A DNA stretch of 64,000 nucleotides from Spirochaetia bacterium (GCA_963677925.2 CAXXYH010000004.1:1152001-1216000); one strand, 5' to 3'; positions 8,176 to 16,170 are shown, counted from the first letter of the stretch. The notes: generated from the sequence alone by a model not told the origin. Made by a program: numbers and translations.

Positions 8176-8257
8176 CCCTAACAGCGAATATGCGGTTCTA
8201 CATGGCTTCAACCAAATTAGCCTGCGGCCAACTTCGCATATTCGCGGGACGTAATCT
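8176..8257 (+). repeat. attC site 9 (family B), core mutated to GTA
   Basis: CCCTAAC(8176-8182) GCGAATATGCG...CGCATATTCGC GTAATCT(8251-8257). Confidence 0.8.
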
Positions 8258-8541
8258 GAAATGCCACCGCGAAGATGTAGCTGCCCGGGTCTCCGGCCGG
8301 CGGGTGATTCTGCAGAGAAAGAATTAAAAACTGTCACGATATATCAAGGTCTATACTTTAAGTAGAGCTGAGTATATGTAAAACTGCAAAAATATTTCAG
8401 AATGGAAGATCTCAAGCCATTCAAATCCCGATAGAATATCAGTTTAAAGGTTATGAAGTATACATTAAAAAACATGGTGATGCTGTATTGCTGATTCCAC
8501 ATGAAAAAGTATGTGAATTAATAAAAGAAAGATCGAAAGAA
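8251..8541 (+). pseudogene. Degenerate, internally deleted copy of the vapBC cassette at 1719-2536
   Basis: Leader, promoter and vapB 5' part align with 1719-1979 (ATG followed by TAA at 8376-8381), then jump to vapC sequence 2135-2166. Confidence 0.88.
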
Positions 8542-8544
8542 TAT

Positions 8545-8865
8545 AATCCGGTTTATGATGGTCCTCAATTTAAAAATATTAATATCAAACCTTTCAGAAT
8601 AAATGAGTCTGCATCTGAAGAACTCTTTAAGATTAGATATTTTTTCAATCAAAATAAAAATACATTTTACTTTCTTTTCAAGAAAAAAGAGTTAATTGGT
8701 GCAACTCTATATCTGTGAAATTATATTCAATCGCTCTGCATTAACCGAAAGTACCAAAGAATGGGATATGGTGCTAAGCTAACAAAATTCGTTGTAAATA
8801 AAATACTATCAGATGGTCATGACAAGGTTACATTAAAAGTTGTAATTGAAAATATTCATAATTAA
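8545..8865 (+). pseudogene. GNAT acetyltransferase remnant
   Basis: After in-frame TGA 8716-8718 the frame continues NYIQSLCINRKYQRMGYGAKL...VTLKV (GNAT motif A). Confidence 0.7.
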
Positions 8866-8923
8866 TGTTATTAATTATAAGTTTGTCTTTTGTGACAGGC
8901 TAATTCAAAAGTAGGAGAAACGT

Positions 8924-9391
8924 ATGAGTTTCAAAAGCAAAAATGAATTAGGTCTATCTGACGTATGTTGTAAGAATTTTTTAAATGATTTAGAAACCGA
9001 AAATGTTTGGAGTTTTTTTCAAAGATTTGAAAAAGATTCAGACCCCACCGATTTAACTGTAGCCGAAGAGTCTTATTTTGATAATTTTCTGTTTTGTGAT
9101 CCAAGTAGTGCTAATTCAATTAAGAAAGAAGATTTCTTGAAATTTTTACCAATTATGACAACTAAATATAAAGAGTTGGGGTACAAAGATAAAAAGTTAA
9201 AAGGACTAGATGTCATCAAATTGAATGATTATTATCTATTAGTCAATGTTACCTGGAATATGATATTTGTAAAGAATGATTTATTAAATGAATATGATGA
9301 TATTAAAGCTACTTATATTTTAAAAAAAGAAAAAAATGGGCATAAAATTATATTTCATTTGGATCATCAAAAATTAAGTGAGATTGTCTAA
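8924..9391 (+). CDS. NTF2/SnoaL-like hypothetical protein
   Basis: AGGAG RBS; YLLVNVTW...ATYILKK...KIIFHLDH NTF2-like C-terminus. Confidence 0.6.
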   Translation: MSFKSKNELGLSDVCCKNFLNDLETENVWSFFQRFEKDSDPTDLTVAEESYFDNFLFCDPSSANSIKKEDFLKFLPIMTTKYKELGYKDKKLKGLDVIKLNDYYLLVNVTWNMIFVKNDLLNEYDDIKATYILKKEKNGHKIIFHLDHQKLSEIV

Positions 9392-9477
9392 AAAAAGATA
9401 AGAAATGAAGATAAATCCGTGACTCTTAATAATTAAAATTTCCTCAATCTTTTAAAGATAAAAAGTGAGAAAAATTC

Positions 9478-9520
9478 TTGCAAATCATGTAATAACATAG
9501 TAAGCTATATGTAATTACAT
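9478..9520 (+). promoter_or_regulatory. sigma70-like promoter with two ATGTAAT(T/A)ACAT operators
   Basis: TTGCAA(9478-9483)-N17-TAAGCT(9501-9506); palindromes at 9487-9498 and 9509-9520. Confidence 0.65.
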
Positions 9521-9538
9521 CAATATTTAGGGGCCTCA

Positions 9539-9952
9539 ATGCGTATACCAATAATTAATATCGGAAATTCTAAGGGGATAAGGATTCCTCAGGCAATTCT
9601 TAAACAGGTTAGCTTTAGTGGTGAGATTGACTTAGAAATTGATAATGGAAAAATTGTTTTAAACAGATCCAATAGTCCCGATATAGTACCGGATTTTGAT
9701 TCAATACCGGAAATGGATGATATTACTATACAAAGAATGTTAAGAAAAATAACCGGTATGGATCTGATCACTTCCTTAATAGATGCAGATCAAAGTATTA
9801 AAGAAGCTGTCTATAGAAATCTATCAGAACGCGTTAGAAATTATGTGGTTTTAAAAGTAGAAAAGTTGGAGAAGGGAGATGCTAAAGATTTAATTATTGA
9901 GCAAAGCCGTAATGCTATAAGTGAAGCCTTTATGGATTTAAAAAATGAATAA
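9539..9952 (+). CDS. AbrB/MazE DNA-binding domain fused to a FliG C-terminal-like domain
   Basis: N-term IGNSKGIRIPQ; C-term FDSIPEMDDITIQRMLRKI...DL...IKEAVYRNLSER resembles FliG_C (FEDI..LDDRSIQ..LRE...RNMSKR). Confidence 0.78.
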   Translation: MRIPIINIGNSKGIRIPQAILKQVSFSGEIDLEIDNGKIVLNRSNSPDIVPDFDSIPEMDDITIQRMLRKITGMDLITSLIDADQSIKEAVYRNLSERVRNYVVLKVEKLEKGDAKDLIIEQSRNAISEAFMDLKNE

Positions 9953-9968
9953 AGTAAAGGAGGCTTTA

Positions 9969-10148
9969 ATGGAGAATTTGAATAAGATAATGGAAATGAG
10001 TGACGGGCAAATTCAGGAATCTTTCGACTTATGCAAGGTCTGCAATTGAAAATTCTGTTAATAAATTTAAAAAAGCAGAAATAAAGATTTAGAGATACAA
10101 ACGAGTATTCAATTAATTAAAAGTTTAATTGAAAAAAAGGCAATTGCT
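9969..10148 (+). pseudogene. Broken stand-alone FliG_C-like gene
   Basis: GGAGG RBS; MENLNKIMEMSDGQIQ / RNLSTYARSAIENSVNKFKKAEIK / DLEIQTSIQLIKSLI read across two frame changes and align with the upstream FliG_C domain. Confidence 0.65.
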
Positions 10149-10505
10149 ATGGATATTTTTAAAGCCATAAAAAATGGAAATATAGAATTTATTCGCAATT
10201 ACATTAAAAGTGGAAATGATTTAAGCATAAGAGATTAATATGAAATGACTCCACTGATTGTAGCAACTGATGAAGGTAGATTAGAGCTTGTTAAATTGCT
10301 GATAGAAGCCAAGGCTGATATAAATGATCAAGACACAGTCGGGCAGACTGCTTTGCATTTAGCTGCAGGCAGAAATTACACTGAAATCATAAAACTTTTA
10401 ATAAAAGCAAAAGCAAGAATAGATATTAAAGCTGTTAATCGTTTGACAGCATTTGAATATGCTACGGAAAATGGAATGAAAGAAGCTGCACTGCTTTTAA
10501 AGTAG
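10149..10505 (+). pseudogene. Ankyrin repeat protein with internal stop
   Basis: MDIFKAIKNGNIEFIRNYIKSGNDLSIRD*(TAA 10236-10238)YEMTPLIVA...GQTALHLAA. Confidence 0.75.
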
Positions 10506-10662
10506 GTAGAGAAAATGAGAAATATGTGTATTCATTCCTTGGAACGGTTTATAATATGAGTCGGGATAAATTGATATCAGGCACTATTTAGAATTGTTAA
10601 AAAAAGAGGAATCCATAGCCGTATAGAAAGCTCTTGTTGTATATGCGGTTTTGAGTTATCTA

Positions 10663-11454
10663 ATGAAGATTGAAAACTTAATAAATTCATATGATTCAAC
10701 AGCTGAAGTTTATGATGAAGAAACAAGTACTTTTCATCATAAAATTTGTGAATTTCTCACAATAAAAAACATGCTTTTAGAATTACCTGAAGATACAAAT
10801 ATAAAAATATTAGATGCTGGCGGCGGCACGGGTAAATATTCAATTATTCTGAATGATTATGGATACTCTCCTGAACTAATTGATATAAGCAGTAAAAGTG
10901 TCGAGGTATTTAATAAGAAAATGGAACAAAGAGGACTGGCTCTCAAGTCGTTTGTATGCAATGCAGAATCAACTCCTTTTAAAAGAGAACGGTTTGATTT
11001 TATTATGATGAACGGCGGGGTGATTGGTTATACTCTTAATCCTTCAATGTTGCTCAAAGAAGTTCATAGAATTTTAAAAGCAGATGGTAAGCTCTGGTTT
11101 GATTTTCCTAACACATTAGGCTGGGCAATTGAAGTACAAGATCCGGGTTTGAAAATTGAATTATCTAAGGCTGATGATAAAATGATTCAGATGCCTGACT
11201 GGGATTATCCAGTAAGACTGTTTAGCTTGAGGAAGATTGAAAAGATGCTGAATGATGCAGGATTTGAGATAAAATCAAAATACGGATTAATTTTTTTGTC
11301 TAATTCCCTTCCTTTGAAAGAAAGATATTCAAAAAAATATAATCTTGAGTTGCTTGAAAAATATAAAATAGCCGAGCTGGAATTAAGCAGAAAAAAAGAT
11401 TGCGTAAGGGCCTCTTGGGCGTGTTCCATTTGTGCAAAAAAAATATTCCATTGA
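10663..11454 (+). CDS. Class I SAM-dependent methyltransferase
   Basis: ILDAGGGTG, IDIS, EVHRILK. Confidence 0.85.
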   Translation: MKIENLINSYDSTAEVYDEETSTFHHKICEFLTIKNMLLELPEDTNIKILDAGGGTGKYSIILNDYGYSPELIDISSKSVEVFNKKMEQRGLALKSFVCNAESTPFKRERFDFIMMNGGVIGYTLNPSMLLKEVHRILKADGKLWFDFPNTLGWAIEVQDPGLKIELSKADDKMIQMPDWDYPVRLFSLRKIEKMLNDAGFEIKSKYGLIFLSNSLPLKERYSKKYNLELLEKYKIAELELSRKKDCVRASWACSICAKKIFH

Positions 11455-11486
11455 ATCACCTTGCGTTTCAGTAAAAGAGAGGTCTT

Positions 11487-11969
11487 ATGAGTAATGCAGT
11501 TTTAATTTTTTTTGCAATAGCAATAATAATGATTGTTGGTTTTTATAAAAATAAAAAATCAAAAAGCATCAGTACCCATGAAAGATTAGAGGATGAAGCG
11601 CTTGATTATAATCAGGAATTTATTGAAAATTCAGAGGGTAAAGATATTATCCCGTTTGTTCGAATTTTTGCACAATCAGATAAACTGATGCTCCGATCTC
11701 TGCTTTCTTCAGAAGGTGTATGCACATACATTACAAATGAAAACACAAACAATCTGTTTCCAGGCAGAATGGTACAGGGCTATACTGATACTGTAATATA
11801 TATTTTCAAAGAGGATCAGGCTATGGCTCGACCAATAATTGAAGACTATATTTTGAATCTTATTGAAAATATAAATCCGGAAATTAAAACAAAGGCAATA
11901 GATTTGGTTGCGGCAATGGCTTTGCTGCCTACCAGTATGAATCAGATATTACCGGAGTTTATTGATTGA
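11487..11969 (+). CDS. Membrane-anchored hypothetical protein (DUF2007-like)
   Basis: N-terminal TM helix; MLRSLLSSEGV...ENTNNLFP...IYIFKEDQAMARPII. Confidence 0.55.
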   Translation: MSNAVLIFFAIAIIMIVGFYKNKKSKSISTHERLEDEALDYNQEFIENSEGKDIIPFVRIFAQSDKLMLRSLLSSEGVCTYITNENTNNLFPGRMVQGYTDTVIYIFKEDQAMARPIIEDYILNLIENINPEIKTKAIDLVAAMALLPTSMNQILPEFID

Positions 11970-12826
11970 GTACTGAAATTTATTATTTTTCCGGTACAGG
12001 AAACTGTCTGTACACAGCCAGAATGATAGGGACAGAAAATAATTTTAAAGTAATCTCAATACCTCAGTTCCTGAAGAGCTCTGATAATACTGTACAGGCC
12101 GAACGGATAATTATTGTCTTTCCGTCATATCTGGCTGCTGCTTGCGGAGTTCCTCTGATTGTAGAAAGGTTCGTTAGGGCAATTGAGGATATTGAACTGA
12201 AAAAGATAACCGCTGTCTGTACATGCGGGGGGTATGAAATAGTAAACGCCAATCCTTCATTGATAAAGCTGAAAAAAATAATTGAATCGGCTGGGGGCAG
12301 GTTGGAAACAAGGTTTTCACTGCGGCTTCCGATGAATAACCTTGATTATGAACATATCCCGGTTCCTATAGAAAAAAGAACCGAGCATATATTAACGCAA
12401 GCCGAGTCAAAATTACAAAAAATCAGTAAACAAATTGGAAGCAGCACAGGGGGGCAATTTGAAATTTCGAATACATTATTCAATTTTATAATACAACCCC
12501 TTTTTAAAATAATGAAAAATGCTACATTAAACAGCTTGAGAGGATATGCAGAAGAGGTTAACCCTTCTTTAAGCTGTAATGAATTATTACCTCTGACAGA
12601 TAGAAGAATTAAAGTTAAGGAAAATTGTAACGGCTGTGGAGTCTGTGCAAGGATATGTCCTGTAGAAAATATTGAATTAATAAATGGAAGTCCCCAATTC
12701 ATGCACAAGTGTGAAGTGTGTTTTGCCTGTGATGAATGGTGTCCGCAGGGCGCTATACAGCACTGGGGCAGATCCCGCGGCGTTAAATACCATCATCCAA
12801 AGATAAAAATAAACGATATGTTTTAG
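11966..12826 (+). CDS. EFR1-family flavodoxin/4Fe-4S ferredoxin
   Basis: YYFSGTGN; CNGCGVCARICP; CEVCFACDEWCP. Confidence 0.9.
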   Translation: MSTEIYYFSGTGNCLYTARMIGTENNFKVISIPQFLKSSDNTVQAERIIIVFPSYLAAACGVPLIVERFVRAIEDIELKKITAVCTCGGYEIVNANPSLIKLKKIIESAGGRLETRFSLRLPMNNLDYEHIPVPIEKRTEHILTQAESKLQKISKQIGSSTGGQFEISNTLFNFIIQPLFKIMKNATLNSLRGYAEEVNPSLSCNELLPLTDRRIKVKENCNGCGVCARICPVENIELINGSPQFMHKCEVCFACDEWCPQGAIQHWGRSRGVKYHHPKIKINDMF

Positions 12827-12872
12827 TTTCCTGCGAAGCAGGAACTTAGTATTATTCAATCAGGAGTGAATT

Positions 12873-13166
12873 ATGGGAATGCATTGTGTTGTCTTTCATT
12901 ATCCAGGACCAAAATGGCAGGATGAATATGATTTTAGAAATCAGCCTGGAATTATGGAACATGTGGAGCATTATTCAAAACTGATGGAGTCAGGGAAACT
13001 TCGAATGGGTGGACCCTTTTCTGATGCAGATTCCGGAGGGATGATGATTGCAGAAGATGGTGTTTCCATGGAAGAAATTGAAAAGTTTGCCTCCGACGAT
13101 CCAGCTGTAAAGAAAGGCCTGCTTACTTTTAAAGTAAGATTGTGGTATGTTCCTATGAGTAAATGA
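12873..13166 (+). CDS. YciI family protein
   Basis: EHVEH...GKLRMGGPF...DDPAVKKG. Confidence 0.85.
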   Translation: MGMHCVVFHYPGPKWQDEYDFRNQPGIMEHVEHYSKLMESGKLRMGGPFSDADSGGMMIAEDGVSMEEIEKFASDDPAVKKGLLTFKVRLWYVPMSK

Positions 13167-13906
13167 AAAGAATAATTATCGCCGGTCTTCTGACTGTATT
13201 TGTTCTCGTAATAGCTGCAGCTGCTTCATTTCAGTACAGCAGGTCTTGGCAGAATGCCCTGTTTGTACACCCATTGTACCGGCTTCCGGGAGATGAAAAA
13301 GTTGTGGCACTTACCTTTGATGACGGGCCGTCTGAGAAAAGAACGCCGGCTCTTTTAGCTATGCTTGAAGAAAATAATGTTAAAGCTTCTTTTTTTATGC
13401 TTGGCGAAAATATTGAAAGATATCCTGATATCGCCCGGCAGGTGTATGAAAAGGGACATCTCATAGGAAATCACTCTTATGACCATCCGCGAATGATTTT
13501 TAAATCTTTCAGTTTTGTCAGAAATCAGATAACCAGGACCGACGGTCTTATTAAATCAGCAGGCCAGATTAATATTCAGTATTTTCGGCCGCCATATTCT
13601 TCAAAATATATTGTTCTGCCGCTGGTTCTTAAAGCAATGGATAAAACTCTTGTGACCGGTTCCTATGATCCGCCCTCTGAATATATCAGACCGTTTGATG
13701 CGGAAAAAGTTGCAGCCGAGGTTATTGAAAATGCAGAACCAGGTGCTGTGATCTATCTTCATGACGGCAAAGATTCTGATGTGCAAGAGTTTATTGAATC
13801 CGTTAGACTAATCATAAGCGGTCTTCGAGCTGAAGGTTATAGATTTGTAAGGCTTGATTATCAGAATGAGCATTTAAAAGAAAGCTTTGCACTTGAGATA
13901 CACTAA
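13163..13906 (+). CDS. Polysaccharide deacetylase (NodB/CE4)
   Basis: ALTFDDGP, GNHSYDHP, FRPPY, YLHDG. Confidence 0.92.
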   Translation: MKRIIIAGLLTVFVLVIAAAASFQYSRSWQNALFVHPLYRLPGDEKVVALTFDDGPSEKRTPALLAMLEENNVKASFFMLGENIERYPDIARQVYEKGHLIGNHSYDHPRMIFKSFSFVRNQITRTDGLIKSAGQINIQYFRPPYSSKYIVLPLVLKAMDKTLVTGSYDPPSEYIRPFDAEKVAAEVIENAEPGAVIYLHDGKDSDVQEFIESVRLIISGLRAEGYRFVRLDYQNEHLKESFALEIH

Positions 13907-13947
13907 GCAGAACCGTATACTGGAGCCGGCAATCAAGGAGTACAATT

Positions 13948-14193
13948 ATGAAAATAGATAAAAATGAAATAATCAGACTGCTTAATGAAAAAAAGGCACT
14001 GCTTCCATGTCATAGATGTGGAACAGAAAACTTTACTGTAATGAACAGTTTTTCAAAGGTAATATTGCAGGATGATATAAACAGCGAGACTGATATAGAA
14101 GGAGCCTCTGTGCCCGTGGCAATAATTGCGTGCAGGAACTGTGGTGCTATTACTTTTCATGCCCTCGGCGCTCTCGGTGTTCTTCAGGGTTAA
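13948..14193 (+). CDS. Small zinc-ribbon-like protein
   Basis: CHRCG...CRNCG; AAGGAG RBS. Confidence 0.7.
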   Translation: MKIDKNEIIRLLNEKKALLPCHRCGTENFTVMNSFSKVILQDDINSETDIEGASVPVAIIACRNCGAITFHALGALGVLQG

Positions 14194-14202
14194 TAACTTT
14201 AA

Positions 14203-14643
14203 GTGATGATAAAAACAGCAGGAAAGGATGACCTGCATGATGTCCTGAAACTGTATTCACAGCTGCATCCTGATGAGGATTATTCTATTCCAGACCATTA
14301 TGCAGATACCTGGCTGCAGATTATTAAAGACCCTAAAATCAGCTGCCTGATAGCCTATTCTGATGAACAGCCGGTTTCCTCCTGTACGGTCTCTGTTATT
14401 CCCAACATCACCAGAAGCCAAAGACCCTTCGCTGTAATTGAGAATGTGGTAACCGACCAAGCTTTCCGCAGACAGGGCTACGCCCGGAGCATAATAATAA
14501 AAGCTGTTGAGCTTGCCCGTGAACAGAACTGCTATAAGGTTATGCTTCTCAGCAGTTCGGAACGTGAAGATGCACACCGGTTTTATGAGAAAATAGGATT
14601 TGACGGAAACTCCAAGAAGGGCTATCAGATGCGTCTTGCCTGA
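14203..14643 (+). CDS. GNAT family N-acetyltransferase
   Basis: IENVVTDQAFRRQGYA; CYKVMLLS; AHRFYEKIGF. Confidence 0.9.
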   Translation: MMIKTAGKDDLHDVLKLYSQLHPDEDYSIPDHYADTWLQIIKDPKISCLIAYSDEQPVSSCTVSVIPNITRSQRPFAVIENVVTDQAFRRQGYARSIIIKAVELAREQNCYKVMLLSSSEREDAHRFYEKIGFDGNSKKGYQMRLA

Positions 14644-14664
14644 AAACACTAAAAAGGTTATTTC

Positions 14665-15177
14665 ATGGAAAAAGTTATATTTCATAAAGAAGGATTAAAT
14701 GTTGACGGGAAGGGGCATATAAGAACAGCAGTCAGGGCCGTAATTGTTCGGAACCGCAGTATCCTTGTGATTCACTCCGGCGTTAACGGAGATTATAAAT
14801 TTCCAGGCGGAGGACTGGAAACAGGTGAGAGCCATGAGCAGGCACTTACTCGGGAAGTAAGTGAAGAGTGCGGACTTGACGGCACTGAAGTTGGCGAACT
14901 GCTCGGGCATATTGCCGAGTATGATGCTCCTGTGGAAGAAGCCCTTGATTTTTTCAGGATGGATTCTTTCTATTACCGCTGCGGTATATCAAATACAATG
15001 ACCTCAGGACAAAATCTGGACCAATACGAAAAAGAGCTGGAGTTTACTCCGATCTGGGTGGATATTGAAACAGCCGTTAAAAACAATAAAAGAATAATTG
15101 AATCAAAAAACGATTTCCCCCGCTGGGTCATCAGAGATACTATGTTTCTAGAGTATCTTTTAAAACAGATAATTTAA
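14665..15177 (+). CDS. NUDIX hydrolase
   Basis: PGGGLETGESHEQALTREVSEECG Nudix box. Confidence 0.9.
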   Translation: MEKVIFHKEGLNVDGKGHIRTAVRAVIVRNRSILVIHSGVNGDYKFPGGGLETGESHEQALTREVSEECGLDGTEVGELLGHIAEYDAPVEEALDFFRMDSFYYRCGISNTMTSGQNLDQYEKELEFTPIWVDIETAVKNNKRIIESKNDFPRWVIRDTMFLEYLLKQII

Positions 15178-16134
15178 AAGGTAAATCATCGCTGTCGAGA
15201 ATACGATCTGTCCGCCGAAAGTTATGAATCCTGTAAGCAGGGCTTTTTTGCCGCTTGTAAGCAGTGTCTTAAACCTGATATTCATTCCTGTCGCCGCCAT
15301 TGCAGTTATCAGGCTAAACTCCGAAATCCACTTTAAAATTGAAATTAACCGGGCAGGAATTATTCCGGTTGACGATACAATGGAAAATATTATAAACAAA
15401 ATGATGTAAACAGGAATTCCCGGAATCCTGCCTGTAGTTTTTGTTTTACCGGTTTTTCGAAAATTGAGAAGAATAACTATCGGAGATATCAGCAGAACCC
15501 TGCCCATTTTAACTATAGTTGCAATCTTGCCCGGTTCATCACCTATCGAAAATCCGGCAGCAGTAACCTGGCCTACCGCCTGAAGTGTATTGCCGATCAG
15601 CATTCCTGATTCCCTGTCGGAAAAACCCGGAAGTATAAGAGCAAGGAATGGCAGCAGGAAGATGCCAAGGGTTCCAAGCAGATTAATGATTCCTATCGAT
15701 ATGCCTGCGTACTCATCTTTTGTTTTAATGACGCCCTGGGCCGCCGCAATTGCAGAGCTCCCGCAGACTGCGTTGCCGATTCCTACCAGAAGGTTAAGCT
15801 CTCTATCCATTCCAAGCAGTTTTCCTGTAAACATTGAAAAGCTTATGGTAAAGGCAACACCGCATATAATCATGATGATGACCGGCAGTCCAAGTTCTAT
15901 GAGTATTGTGTAATTAAGACTGAAGCCCATTAGGGCAATTGCCACAGGAAGGAGTTTTTTTTCAGAGAATTTTATTCCGCCTGAAAGAGCATCAGGTATC
16001 TTTATCAGGTTTCCGATTATAATTCCTGCCAGTATGGCAATTGTGACACCGCCGATAATAAAAAAATCTGAGGTGATAAGCGCAAGCAGGGCAATGACAA
16101 GACAAAGGCCAAGCCCCGGCAGTATATTCAGCAT
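15160..16134 (-). CDS. YeiH/UPF0324 putative sulfate exporter
   Basis: Multi-TM; GNAVCGSSAIAA; ATIVKMGRV. Confidence 0.88.
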   Translation of the reverse strand: MLNILPGLGLCLVIALLALITSDFFIIGGVTIAILAGIIIGNLIKIPDALSGGIKFSEKKLLPVAIALMGFSLNYTILIELGLPVIIMIICGVAFTISFSMFTGKLLGMDRELNLLVGIGNAVCGSSAIAAAQGVIKTKDEYAGISIGIINLLGTLGIFLLPFLALILPGFSDRESGMLIGNTLQAVGQVTAAGFSIGDEPGKIATIVKMGRVLLISPIVILLNFRKTGKTKTTGRIPGIPVYIILFIIFSIVSSTGIIPARLISILKWISEFSLITAMAATGMNIRFKTLLTSGKKALLTGFITFGGQIVFSTAMIYLLNYLF

Positions 16135-16170
16135 GTATGTCTCCTCTCTGCATTATGATATAATTTTTAA

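Larger units (their letters stand above)
1..8257 (+). mobile_element. Integron gene-cassette array (distal part; intI/attI not in window)
   Basis: Ten regularly spaced RYYYAAC...GTTRRRY imperfect palindromes each follow one or two same-strand ORFs. The GTT core at the start of each cassette is largely complementary to the AAC inverse core at its end. ORFs are AT-rich and TA cassettes are present. Confidence 0.93.

Noticed and set aside
1-8257. The repeats as a CRISPR array or REP cluster
   Set aside because: Units are 76-149 bp, are separated by whole genes, and are bounded by AAC/GTT cores. No cas genes are present.
8488-8718. 76-aa ORF as a real gene
   Set aside because: It is a chimera of vapB, vapC and GNAT fragments created by deletions.
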